DNA of 46,804 nt. It comes from Candidatus Magasanikbacteria bacterium GW2011_GWA2_37_8. Its GTDB lineage: Bacteria; Patescibacteriota; Patescibacteriia; Magasanikbacterales; GWA2-37-8. Of the stretch, positions 8,370 to 17,601 are shown in pieces. A program made the position numbers and the translations under genes. The DNA lies in assembly GCA_000992085.1 (NCBI GenBank), contig LBTN01000003.1, forward strand, positions 1-46,804. Direction: 5' to 3'. Below the pieces are notes generated by a model, which was not told the DNA's origin, searched no databases, and saw only the letters and a program-made list of their open reading frames with translations. Positions within the stretch are counted from its first letter, which is position 1. The number at the start of each line of letters is the position of its first letter.

Positions 8370-10907
8370 TTATACTCTTACTATTGCTGTATTAGTGTGA
8401 TTAACTACTCTGTAATAAAAAAGCTTAATAATCTCTGTAACAACAAAATAAACTGCTACTATACCTAAAATTAAAAATAAATCTTCAAAAGTTGGGGCTT
8501 TAAAATGGAAAAAATTCGAACCAAAAACAGTATAGGGCAAAACAATCGTAGTAATAATCGCCAAAACACTTAACCCTACTAAAGTTAATGAGGCTGGTTT
8601 GGCACGAAGACAGAAGAAGCGCGTACGTACTGAATAAATTAAAACTAGTTCGGTTAAAACACTACCGATAAACCAATTAGTTTGCAATACTTCTGGTGTA
8701 TGCTTATAAAATAACGCAAAAAATATAAAATCAAACACCGTGCTTACTATTCCTAAAAATATCGCCATTAATACTACCTCTCTTACGTTATAACTTTTAG
8801 GGCTACGCAACTCTGTAGTATCAACTGTATCTGCCGCAATAGCAATCATAGGAAAATCTGACAAAAGATTGAGAAGCAAAATTTGCACTGGCAACATTGG
8901 TAAAAAAGTAATCATAAGCGAAGCAATAGCAATCGCATAAAAATTTCCAAAATTAGAAATTAAGGTAATTTTTAAATATTTAATAGTATTAGCAAAAATT
9001 TCTCTACCTCCTTTAATACCATCAATAATAACTGCCAAACTTCTATTTAATAATACGATATCAGACGCCTCGCGAGCAATATCAGAGGCCCCCTCTACAA
9101 CCATAGCCACATTGGCTAATTTTAAAGCTGGTGCATCGTTAATGCCTTCACCTAAAAATCCTACTTCAAATTTCTTTTGTAATAATTGGATAATTAAAAA
9201 CTTTTGCTGAGGTGACACCCGAGCAAATACATGATATTTTTCAACCGCCTTTTCTCTTTCTTCTTCGGACATATTTTCTATTTCTATTCCAGTAATCACT
9301 TCCTCAAAAGATTTAACTAAACCAACACTAACTGCCACCGCACCAGCTACTTCCCGTGCGTCACCAGTTAAAATTTTAATCTGGACACCTAAATTTTTGG
9401 CTTGTTTTAAAGCACTCTTAGTTGAAGGCTTAATTGGATCAATAAAACTTATCAACCCCAAAAACTCTAAATTGTCTTCTTCTTTAATTATCTTACAATT
9501 ACTAGTTTCAATCTTTTTAAAACCAACAGCTAAAACTCGCTGCCCAGATTGACCAGATTTTATTACCCGTTCCAGCAATTCTTCTTTTTTAGTTTTGTTA
9601 ATTCCACGGCACAAAGATAATACTTCTTCTGGCGCCCCACGTGTAATCAAAACACATTCATCATTGGCCTGTGCCAAGACATCATTACGGCGACGTACTG
9701 GATCAAAAGGAATTTCACGTAGACGGGTAAAGTTTTTAATTTTTTTTCGGTCAATTAAGGATAATTTTTTCCACAAAGCTATATCAAAAGAATTATTAGG
9801 TTCGGTATCCTTATCGGCCAGAAAAGAAGAAGCTAAATTAACATAAAAAAGACATTTTTTAGGATCTTCTGCCATCACCGAGCTTACTTCTAATTTATTC
9901 TCGGTTATAGTGCCTGTTTTATCGGTACATAAAATTTCAATACTACCCAAATCTTCTACTGCCGACAATCTCTTTACTACCACTTTATCCTTAGCCAATC
10001 GCAAGGCTCCACGAGATAAAGAAAGAGTGGTAACCAAAGGAAGAGCCTCAGGGATAACACTAACCGCCAATGCAATCGAAAATAAAATCAACTCAACAAT
10101 ATTAGCTTCGCGCCCTTTAATCAAAATATTAGAAACAAACAACAAAACCAAAATTACTATTATCATTTTAAGAATAAAGGTACTAAATTTAGTTATCCCT
10201 TTTTCAAAAGCGCTTTCTCGATTTGTTTCTATTGTTAGTTTAGCCACTTCGCCCATAAATGTACTACGACCTGTCGCAATCACTACACCCGCCCCTCTAC
10301 CACCTGCCACTATAGTACCAGAAAAACCAAGATTGCTGGCTTTGTGTATTTCGTCTGCAATTTTGCTTAACGCTTGATGTCTCTTCGCCATCGGCACTGA
10401 TTCTCCAGTTAAAACCGATTCATCAATAACTAAATTATCAACTTCTAATAATCGAATATCCGCTGGAATTACATCACCCGTTTCAATCATAATAATATCT
10501 CCGGGCACCAATTCAATTGCTTTAACCAAATTATCTTTTGCATTTCTGTGTACTCGGGCCCGAGCCACTACATATTTTTTTAACAAACTTAATGATTTTT
10601 CAGAATGATATTCTTGAGCAAAACCCAAAATAGCATTAATTGCAATAAACCCCAAAATCATAAAACCATCCACATTTTCTTTTAAACCAAAAGCTAAAGC
10701 TGCAGCAAAAAACAACAAATAAATAAACGGCGATTTAAATTGCCGTAAAAAAACTTGCCACAATTTTAATTCTTTGCCGTCAACAATATTTAAACCAAAA
10801 TTTTCTAATCGTCTATTCGCTTCATCTGTTGTTAAGCCATGAAGATTAGAATTAAATTCAGCTAAAACCTTCTCGGCACTTAAAACAGTATATTTACTAA
10901 AATACAT
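8370..10907 (-). CDS. Cation-transporting P-type ATPase (MgtA / type II-III-like).
   Basis: 845 aa. It has the phosphorylation motif CTDKTGTITENK, plus TGES, ILTGD and GEGINDAPALK, and about 10 TM segments. Confidence 0.85.
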   Translation of the reverse strand: MYFSKYTVLSAEKVLAEFNSNLHGLTTDEANRRLENFGLNIVDGKELKLWQVFLRQFKSPFIYLLFFAAALAFGLKENVDGFMILGFIAINAILGFAQEYHSEKSLSLLKKYVVARARVHRNAKDNLVKAIELVPGDIIMIETGDVIPADIRLLEVDNLVIDESVLTGESVPMAKRHQALSKIADEIHKASNLGFSGTIVAGGRGAGVVIATGRSTFMGEVAKLTIETNRESAFEKGITKFSTFILKMIIVILVLLFVSNILIKGREANIVELILFSIALAVSVIPEALPLVTTLSLSRGALRLAKDKVVVKRLSAVEDLGSIEILCTDKTGTITENKLEVSSVMAEDPKKCLFYVNLASSFLADKDTEPNNSFDIALWKKLSLIDRKKIKNFTRLREIPFDPVRRRNDVLAQANDECVLITRGAPEEVLSLCRGINKTKKEELLERVIKSGQSGQRVLAVGFKKIETSNCKIIKEEDNLEFLGLISFIDPIKPSTKSALKQAKNLGVQIKILTGDAREVAGAVAVSVGLVKSFEEVITGIEIENMSEEEREKAVEKYHVFARVSPQQKFLIIQLLQKKFEVGFLGEGINDAPALKLANVAMVVEGASDIAREASDIVLLNRSLAVIIDGIKGGREIFANTIKYLKITLISNFGNFYAIAIASLMITFLPMLPVQILLLNLLSDFPMIAIAADTVDTTELRSPKSYNVREVVLMAIFLGIVSTVFDFIFFALFYKHTPEVLQTNWFIGSVLTELVLIYSVRTRFFCLRAKPASLTLVGLSVLAIITTIVLPYTVFGSNFFHFKAPTFEDLFLILGIVAVYFVVTEIIKLFYYRVVNHTNTAIVRV

Positions 10908-11010
10908 AGCATTTTATTTCTTGTAAAAAATTACGTTTCACTTATATACAACTATATTATAGCACAAATAACACAAACTAACCCTATTAAAAAACAGCCG
11001 ATATGACTGT

Positions 11011-11487
11011 TTAATCTTTCTTTGATATTTTTTTTACTATTCGCCACAGTCGTCTAAACTCTTTAGTTATTATGCTCTTGAGTGTTGGGAATAATAAAAT
11101 ATTCAGAAAAAACAAAGTAATTATAATAATCGCATCATAACTCTGACGCACCCAATAATCATCACGCAACATTACCCACATACCAAACTCGTCAAAAGTT
11201 AATCCCAAACCCACACCGTACACAAATGCCGCGTTCCACAAAGCCTGCGAATCTGAATGCGGACGAAAAATTAATAAGTAAAAACCAACCACTACTAAAA
11301 TTACCACACCATAAGTAAAGTGATGAATATGAACACCTTTAACGGTTAAAAAGAAATCGGGAAGCAAATGCCCAAGTACTAAATAAACTACTAACCGCGA
11401 CACCACAAATGTTAGTAAAAAAGAAAAAGTAACCAAAGCTACTAACCGACGGGTAGAAAGAGGTATAATTTTATTCAAATCATCCAT
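11011..11487 (-). CDS. Hypothetical small integral membrane protein (4-5 TM).
   Basis: 158-aa ORF, hydrophobic throughout. I recognise no family. Confidence 0.45.
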   Translation of the reverse strand: MDDLNKIIPLSTRRLVALVTFSFLLTFVVSRLVVYLVLGHLLPDFFLTVKGVHIHHFTYGVVILVVVGFYLLIFRPHSDSQALWNAAFVYGVGLGLTFDEFGMWVMLRDDYWVRQSYDAIIIITLFFLNILLFPTLKSIITKEFRRLWRIVKKISKKD

Positions 11488-11602
11488 AAATCTTTTACTA
11501 AAAAATTATTTGCAACTACTTTTTATTGACATCTATGTATAGTTTATCAAAAAAACAGCCTTGCGTCTATTGCATATTTACATCGACCAACCCACACCCC
11601 CG

Positions 11603-11631
11603 TTGCTCTTATTTTATTTTTCTACTATAAT
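11603..11631 (+). promoter_or_regulatory. Sigma70-type promoter for the 2-hydroxyacid dehydrogenase gene.
   Basis: TTGCTC (11603-11608), 17 nt, TATAAT (11626-11631). Confidence 0.4.
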
Positions 11632-11661
11632 ACTAATATATTAAAAACTAAACTTAAATAT

Positions 11662-12684
11662 ATGTCTGCCCCAAAACTTAATGTCGCTTTTTACGGCATC
11701 TGGCCAGAAATGAAAGATTACGTACGTTCTAAAATGAGCGGCTTCCACTGCACTATCTCTGGCAAAAAAGTAAGCGTAGAAAATTTAAAACCAGAAACCG
11801 ACATCTTAGCCGTATTTGTAGAATCACCGGTTACCAAATCAATGATCAATAAATTGCCTAAACTAAAAATGATCGCAGCCATGAGCACAGGTTATGATCA
11901 TGTAGATATTAAAACTGCCAAAATAAAAAAAATACCTATATGTAATGTGCCAAGTTATGGCGAAAATACAGTGGCCGAACATGCTTTTGCCTTACTTTTA
12001 GGTTTAACACGCAAACTTTTCTTATCAGTAAAACGAGTTAAAGAAGGCGTATATGATTTTCACGGCTTACGTGGTATTGATTTAAAAGGAAAAACTATTG
12101 GTGTGATTGGCACTGGACGCATTGGTATGCATGTAGTTGAAATAGCTAAAGGATTTGAAATGAATGTTTTGGGTTTCGACCCGTTTCCTAATAAAGAAAT
12201 GGCTAAAAAATTAGATTTTACTTATGTGTCTTTAAACAAATTACTAGCGCAATCTGATTTTATTAGTTTGCACACCCCTCTCTTTCCCGAAACTTATCAC
12301 CTCATTAATAAAAAGAATATTAAAAAAGTTAAACCCGGAGCCTATATTATTAATACTGCTCGAGGCGGGTTAATCGACCCCGAAGCACTAGTTTGGGCGC
12401 TGCAATCAAAACATATTGCTGGCGCCGGTTTGGATGTTTTGGAAGATGAGGGTTTTATACAAAATGAAGAACAAGTTATTAGTGGTGACTGTACAGAATG
12501 CCAAATGAAAACTAATTTGATGAATAATATTATCATCGATCACCCAAATACAATTGTTACCCCACACAATGCTTTTAATAGCACCGAAGCATTACGTAGA
12601 ATTGTTGATACTACTATCGAAAATATCCGCGCTTTTGTTAAGGGCGAAACTATTAATGATGTTACTGCACCAAAAAAGAAATAA
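11662..12684 (+). CDS. D-isomer-specific 2-hydroxyacid dehydrogenase (D-lactate / glycerate dehydrogenase family), NAD-binding.
   Basis: 340 aa. It has the Rossmann motif GVIGTGRIG and catalytic-domain blocks (INTARGGLID, LDVLEDE, TPHNAF). Confidence 0.85.
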   Translation: MSAPKLNVAFYGIWPEMKDYVRSKMSGFHCTISGKKVSVENLKPETDILAVFVESPVTKSMINKLPKLKMIAAMSTGYDHVDIKTAKIKKIPICNVPSYGENTVAEHAFALLLGLTRKLFLSVKRVKEGVYDFHGLRGIDLKGKTIGVIGTGRIGMHVVEIAKGFEMNVLGFDPFPNKEMAKKLDFTYVSLNKLLAQSDFISLHTPLFPETYHLINKKNIKKVKPGAYIINTARGGLIDPEALVWALQSKHIAGAGLDVLEDEGFIQNEEQVISGDCTECQMKTNLMNNIIIDHPNTIVTPHNAFNSTEALRRIVDTTIENIRAFVKGETINDVTAPKKK

Positions 12685-12704
12685 GCGTTGTTTGAATTCT
12701 TCTA

Positions 12705-12735
12705 AATTAAAACCCTGCACCAGAACGGTGCAGGG
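12705..12735. terminator. Bidirectional intrinsic terminator shared by the dehydrogenase (+) and rnpB (-).
   Basis: Stem CCCTGCACC (12713-12721) pairs with GGTGCAGGG (12727-12735) around a 5-nt loop. A/T runs lie on both sides. Confidence 0.6.
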
Positions 12736-13121
12736 TATTGTTGGCTATAAGCCGAATTTTGTATCCCAATAAATTGGGCGACGATCATTTATCTAGTTCT
12801 AATGTTTCCATTAGAATCAAAGCGAGCTAACTTTCTGAATCCCGTCTAAACAACAGGAAACATTGCTCTTGCACGCAGATAAGGATTTAGCCGTTTCACC
12901 CCTGACCTTATTTCCCTATGGCCAGGATTAAGCTATTATTCCTGATTAATCAAGAATACAGGGTTTAGCTCTCTAGACCTTTTCAAGCCTAGACGTCTCT
13001 GCTCGCACCTCGTGGATTGCTCCAGGCGGGCGTTACCCGCTATCCTTTCTAGCTTTCGCTAGAGGCGTGTTCGGACTTTCCTCCCCGCCTTTACAGGCAA
13101 AGCGATCATCCACCAACAACC
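12736..13121 (-). ncRNA. rnpB: RNase P RNA (bacterial type).
   Basis: The - strand reads ...GGGGAGGAAAGTCCGAACACGCC... (the universal CR-I GAGGAAAGTCCG box, complement of ~13068-13085). Near the 3' end it reads ...ACAAAATTCGGCTTATAGCCAACAA (CR-V-like). P1 pairs TTGTTGG (5') with CCAACAA (3'). A perfect promoter lies just upstream and a terminator just downstream. The ends are +/- a few nt. Confidence 0.85.
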
Positions 13122-13126
13122 TGGCT

Positions 13127-13155
13127 ATTATAGCACATTTTGGCTTATTTGTCAA
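13127..13155 (-). promoter_or_regulatory. Consensus sigma70 promoter of rnpB.
   Basis: On the - strand: TTGACA (13150-13155), exactly 17 nt, TATAAT (13127-13132). The predicted start is ~13120. Confidence 0.7.
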
Positions 13156-13160
13156 TATAT

Positions 13161-13189
13161 TTGACCAAAAACTAGCTTTAGCGTAAAAT
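13161..13189 (+). promoter_or_regulatory. Sigma70-type promoter of the glycan cluster.
   Basis: TTGACC (13161-13166), 17 nt, TAAAAT (13184-13189). Confidence 0.5.
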
Positions 13190-13226
13190 ATAAACACGAA
13201 ATCACTGTAATCATTTTCTAATTAAT

Positions 13227-13937
13227 ATGAAACGTTTTGAACTAATTTTTACTTTTCTTCAACTTCCTTTAGATTATTTAATGCTGGTATTAGCTGGTTT
13301 TACTGCCTATTCCTTACGTTTTTCTGATTTAATTACATCTATTAGACCAGTGCTTTTTAATCTTTCTTGGAACAGCTACTGGCCAATGGTACTTGGTGTG
13401 GCGGCTGGTTGGATTGTTATTTTTATTTTTTCTAACCTCTATACCATTAACCCTAATCGCAAATTTGCTGCCGAATTTACTCGTATAATTCTTGCGTGCT
13501 CCACTGGTTTTGCTGCTATTACTATTTATGTATTCTTTACTTTGCAAAAATTTGATTCCCGATTCTTGGTTTTAGTAGGTTGGATTATTGCTATGATTTT
13601 TATTATTGTCGAACGAATGCTACTACGCGGTATCAAAGCCCTACTCTACCGTGCTGGAATAGGACTTCGTAAAGTAATAATTATCGGTAATCAAACTATT
13701 AGTCAAAAACTACAAGAAACTTTTTTATCCAAATCATATTTGGGTTATAAAGTAAGTGGAATTTATGAACACTTTGATAAAAACACCTCTACCGCTATCC
13801 TAGAGACAAAACCAGACGAAATTTTATTTACCGATCCCCGTGCCAACGAAGAAGAAGTTTTAAAAGCCATTGATTTTACCAACGAACATCATATAGTTTT
13901 TCGATACTCAGCTGATTTATTTTCTACTTGGATATAA
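13227..13937 (+). CDS. N-terminal module (4 TM plus Rossmann-like linker domain) of a WbaP/WcaJ-type polyprenyl-phosphate glycosyl-1-phosphate transferase, split from its catalytic domain.
   Basis: 236 aa. Four TM helices are followed by RKVIIIGNQTISQKL...GYKVSGIY..., the pattern of large EPS-priming sugar transferases. The ORF stops 10 nt after the start of the next ORF, which is in another frame. Confidence 0.6.
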   Translation: MKRFELIFTFLQLPLDYLMLVLAGFTAYSLRFSDLITSIRPVLFNLSWNSYWPMVLGVAAGWIVIFIFSNLYTINPNRKFAAEFTRIILACSTGFAAITIYVFFTLQKFDSRFLVLVGWIIAMIFIIVERMLLRGIKALLYRAGIGLRKVIIIGNQTISQKLQETFLSKSYLGYKVSGIYEHFDKNTSTAILETKPDEILFTDPRANEEEVLKAIDFTNEHHIVFRYSADLFSTWI

Positions 13938-14545
13938 TATTTAGTCTTATTTTTTTAATTATTTTATCCCCTATTTATTTAATTATCGCGATTATTATTT
14001 TAATCGAAACCGGCCGACCAATCATTTATAAAAACGAACGGGTAGGCCAAAAAGGATCAAAATTCTTTACCTTAAAATTCCGTTCCATGTTTCAAAAAGA
14101 TTGCACTGGTCTACAGTTCGCTAAAACTTCAGCAGACGCGTTGCAAAAAGAACAAGAATTAATAAAAAACCAAAGTATTAAAACTGGGCCAGTTTATAAA
14201 ATAAAAAATGACCCCCGAGTAACACCTTATGGTAGATTTATCCGCCGTTGGAGCCTAGACGAATTACCACAATTTTGGAATGTTTTAAAAGGCGATATGA
14301 GTTTGGTGGGTCCTAGGCCACACCAACCTCGCGAAGTAGACCAGTACGAAAAACGCCATAAAATTGTATTAGATGCCAAACCTGGCATTACTGGTCTCGC
14401 TCAAATTTCTGGACGTAGTGATTTAAATTTTGAAGAAGAGGCTCGCCTAGACACTTTTTATATTGAAAATTGGAATTGGCTGCTCGACCTAATTATTTTA
14501 CTCAAAACCCCATTTGTGGTAATTAAACGCAAAGGTGCGCTATGA
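13928..14545 (+). CDS. Bacterial sugar transferase catalytic domain (PglC/WbaP C-terminal type phosphoglycosyl transferase).
   Basis: DIIFSLIFLIILSPIYLIIAIIILIETGRPIIYKNERVGQKGSKFFTLKFRSM ... LDELPQFWNVLKGDMSLVGPRP ... PGITGLAQISGR is the classic Bac_transf family sequence. The only available start is TTG at 13928. Confidence 0.85.
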   Translation: MDIIFSLIFLIILSPIYLIIAIIILIETGRPIIYKNERVGQKGSKFFTLKFRSMFQKDCTGLQFAKTSADALQKEQELIKNQSIKTGPVYKIKNDPRVTPYGRFIRRWSLDELPQFWNVLKGDMSLVGPRPHQPREVDQYEKRHKIVLDAKPGITGLAQISGRSDLNFEEEARLDTFYIENWNWLLDLIILLKTPFVVIKRKGAL

Positions 14546-15666
14546 AATTAGCCCTAGTCCACGATTATCTCGCTCAAGACGGAGGAGCAGAAAGAGTGCT
14601 TAAAGCCTTACACGAAATTTGGCCAGAAGCACCAATTTTCGTATTGTTTCACGACCAAAAAAAAATTAATTGCTACGACAGAGAAAAAATTAAAGAATCT
14701 TTTTTAACCCACTTACCTTTTATAAAATCGTCATTCCAATGGTACCTGCCTTGGATGCCAATGGCTACCGAACGCCACGACCTAAGCGAATTTAACGTAG
14801 TTATTTCTTCTAGTAGTGTTTTCGCCAAAGGCATTATTACCTCTCCCCAAACCTTACACATTTCTTACTGCCATACCCCAGCACGCTTTCTGTGGGCAGA
14901 TAGCCATGAATACTTAACGGACTTAAAACGTAGCCGATTTGTAAAAATAATTTTACCTAATTTATTACACCGTCTCCGCCTGTGGGATCAAATGAGTATG
15001 CAGCGAGTAGATAATGTAATTGCCAATTCAGAAACCGTACGTAAGCGAATTAATAAATATTATCGCCGTGATAGCCAAGTACTACACCCACCAGTAGATA
15101 CTCATCTTTTTTCTATTAGCAATAATATCGCAAATTATTTTGTAGCAGGCGGACGTTTAGTACCATACAAACGGTTAGATTTAGTCATTAAAGTTTTTAA
15201 TCGCCTTCAACAACCGCTAAAAATATTCGGCACCGGACCAGAACTACCCTACCTTAAAAAAATCGCTAAAGATAATGTAGAATTTTTAGGCAAAGTTACA
15301 GAAGCAGAAAAAGCCAATTTATTATCGCATTGTCAAGCTTTTATTCACCCCCAACTGGAAGACTTTGGAATTACTCCAGTTGAAGCAATGTCTGCTGGTC
15401 GCCCTGTAATTGCTTACGGCGTAGGTGGAGCAACCGAAACCATTATTCCAGGAGAAACTGGAGTATTTTTTCACAAACAAAATTGGGAATCACTTTTAGA
15501 AACAGTAATAAATTTTGAACCAAACCAATGGGACACAAATAAAATCCGTGAACAAGCGCTTAAATTTAACAACGCTCACTTTAAAGAAAAAATTCAAAAA
15601 TATGTTATCGATCATTACGAAGAATTTAATAAGGGTTTAAACCAAACTTCCTTAGCAATTTTATGA
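14542..15666 (+). CDS. Glycosyltransferase, GT4 / group-1 family.
   Basis: 374 aa. The C-terminal EDFGITPVEAMSAGRPVIAYGVGGATETI is an E-x7-E type GT-B motif. It overlaps its neighbours by 4 nt. Confidence 0.85.
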   Translation: MKLALVHDYLAQDGGAERVLKALHEIWPEAPIFVLFHDQKKINCYDREKIKESFLTHLPFIKSSFQWYLPWMPMATERHDLSEFNVVISSSSVFAKGIITSPQTLHISYCHTPARFLWADSHEYLTDLKRSRFVKIILPNLLHRLRLWDQMSMQRVDNVIANSETVRKRINKYYRRDSQVLHPPVDTHLFSISNNIANYFVAGGRLVPYKRLDLVIKVFNRLQQPLKIFGTGPELPYLKKIAKDNVEFLGKVTEAEKANLLSHCQAFIHPQLEDFGITPVEAMSAGRPVIAYGVGGATETIIPGETGVFFHKQNWESLLETVINFEPNQWDTNKIREQALKFNNAHFKEKIQKYVIDHYEEFNKGLNQTSLAIL

Positions 15667-16790
15667 ACATCGGTATCGACATTAGACCATTAATGGATAA
15701 AATAAAAACCGGCGTGGGAGAATATACTTTTGAACTCCTTAACGCCGTTTTTTCTATCGATAAAACTAACCAATATTTCTTATTTTACAATTCTAACAAA
15801 AATATTTCAGCTAATTTGCCAAAATGGAATTATGACAACGTACATTACGTTGGACTAAACTGGCCAAATAAACTACTGAGTTGTTTGCTATTCTTAAAAA
15901 TTTTAAAACTAAATAATTTAGCACAGAACCATTATTTTAAAATTGACCTTTGGTTTTCTCCTAATCTAAACTTTACCAATCTTTCTAAAAATATCCCTTA
16001 CATTCTTGTTATCCACGATTTAACCAACGAACTCTATCCGCATTTTTTTACAAAACGTCAACAGCTTCGCTACGAAATTATTCGACCAAAAACCCAATGC
16101 CAACGTGCTAATTTAATTATTACCCCTTCCGAAAATACCAAACGCGATTTGATTAATTTATACGACATTAACCCTGATAAAATTAAAGTAATCTACCCTG
16201 GATTAGCCTCTACTTTTGTCGCAAATAATACCCAGCCAGTTGATTTGGTAAAAACAAAATATAACCTACCAGAAAAATTTATTCTTTTTTTAGGAACAAT
16301 CGAACCACGAAAAAATATTAATGGATTAATTGAAGCATTCGAACAGTCCTATTCAAAACTCCCTGCCCCCCACTCTTTGGTTATTGCTGGCGCCCCTGGT
16401 TGGAGAAATAAAAATATTTATAACAAAGCCCAGTCTTCTCCGCTCAAAGACAAAATTAAATTCATTAATTATATTAATCCGGAAGATAAACCGGCGCTTT
16501 ATAAAACAGCCGCATTATTTGTTTACCCTAGTTTTTATGAAGGCTTTGGCTTTCCTGTACTAGAAGCAATGGCAAGCAGATTGCCAATAATTACTTCAAA
16601 CCGATCTTCTTTGCCAGAGATAACTAACACACAAGTCTGTTTGATTAATCCAAATAATCCAACTGACATCGCCAAAGGAATTACTTCTATATTAAACAAC
16701 ACAAAAAAACAACCACGAGAATATAAGATCCAAAAATTTTCTTGGAAATTGGCAGCCGAAGAGTGGCTTGAATACATAAAAAACTTATGA
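15663..16790 (+). CDS. Glycosyltransferase, GT4 / group-1 family.
   Basis: 375 aa. Motifs are FLGTIEPRKNI and YPSFYEGFGFPVLEAMASRLPIITSN. Confidence 0.85.
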   Translation: MNIGIDIRPLMDKIKTGVGEYTFELLNAVFSIDKTNQYFLFYNSNKNISANLPKWNYDNVHYVGLNWPNKLLSCLLFLKILKLNNLAQNHYFKIDLWFSPNLNFTNLSKNIPYILVIHDLTNELYPHFFTKRQQLRYEIIRPKTQCQRANLIITPSENTKRDLINLYDINPDKIKVIYPGLASTFVANNTQPVDLVKTKYNLPEKFILFLGTIEPRKNINGLIEAFEQSYSKLPAPHSLVIAGAPGWRNKNIYNKAQSSPLKDKIKFINYINPEDKPALYKTAALFVYPSFYEGFGFPVLEAMASRLPIITSNRSSLPEITNTQVCLINPNNPTDIAKGITSILNNTKKQPREYKIQKFSWKLAAEEWLEYIKNL

Positions 16791-17596
16791 AAATTTCTTC
16801 AAAATTTACTATAACAACATTGGCTATAGCTTTGGTATATTTTATTCCCACGACCTCTGCTATTAACAACACCCCCACTACTATTGATCGCCACCTGCCA
16901 CACCCCCAAATGATCGCTCATGCTTTGGGTGTTATAGATGGAATTCGTTATTCTAACAGCTATGAAGCTCTAGAAAAAAGCTACCAAAATGGTTTTCGAT
17001 TTTTTGAAACTGATATAGAACTTACTGCGGATAATAAATTAGTTTTGCTCCACGATTGGGATGGTGTAATTCAAGATTTATATGGAGCTCCACCTAAAAT
17101 ATACACCCTGGACGAATTTAAAAAATTAAAAATTCGTGAAAAATATACTCCACTTACTTTAGACAATTTACTTGTTTGGATAAAAAAACACCCAGACACA
17201 TACTTTATTACTGATACTAAAAGAAAAAATTTAGTAATATTGAATAAACTATACCAACAAAGCGGAGAATTATCCGCCCATTTTATCCCTCAAATTTATA
17301 ATTTTGAAGAATATGACACGGTTAAAAAACTAGGGTATTTCGATATTATTCTTACCCTTTACACCCGCGATTATAAAGCGCCGGCATTAGTTAATTTTGC
17401 CCAACAACACAAACTCTGGGCAATTACCATGTCTACCGATAGGATAAAAACTTACCCCAACTTACCCGCAGAATTAACAACCGTAAATATTTTTACTTAT
17501 TCTCATTTGGTAAATAGTCAAGAACAAATGACTAATCTTCAAAAACAAAAAATCGGAGGTGTTTACACTTCCGATCTGATACCAAATTCTGATTAA
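16787..17596 (+). CDS. Glycerophosphodiester phosphodiesterase (GDPD)-like secreted protein.
   Basis: It has a signal-like N-terminus. MIAHALG...YSNSYEALEKSYQNGFRFFETDIELTADNKLVLLHDW matches the GDPD H / E-x-D / HD pattern. Confidence 0.6.
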   Translation: MKISSKFTITTLAIALVYFIPTTSAINNTPTTIDRHLPHPQMIAHALGVIDGIRYSNSYEALEKSYQNGFRFFETDIELTADNKLVLLHDWDGVIQDLYGAPPKIYTLDEFKKLKIREKYTPLTLDNLLVWIKKHPDTYFITDTKRKNLVILNKLYQQSGELSAHFIPQIYNFEEYDTVKKLGYFDIILTLYTRDYKAPALVNFAQQHKLWAITMSTDRIKTYPNLPAELTTVNIFTYSHLVNSQEQMTNLQKQKIGGVYTSDLIPNSD

Positions 17597-17601
17597 CTTT
17601 T

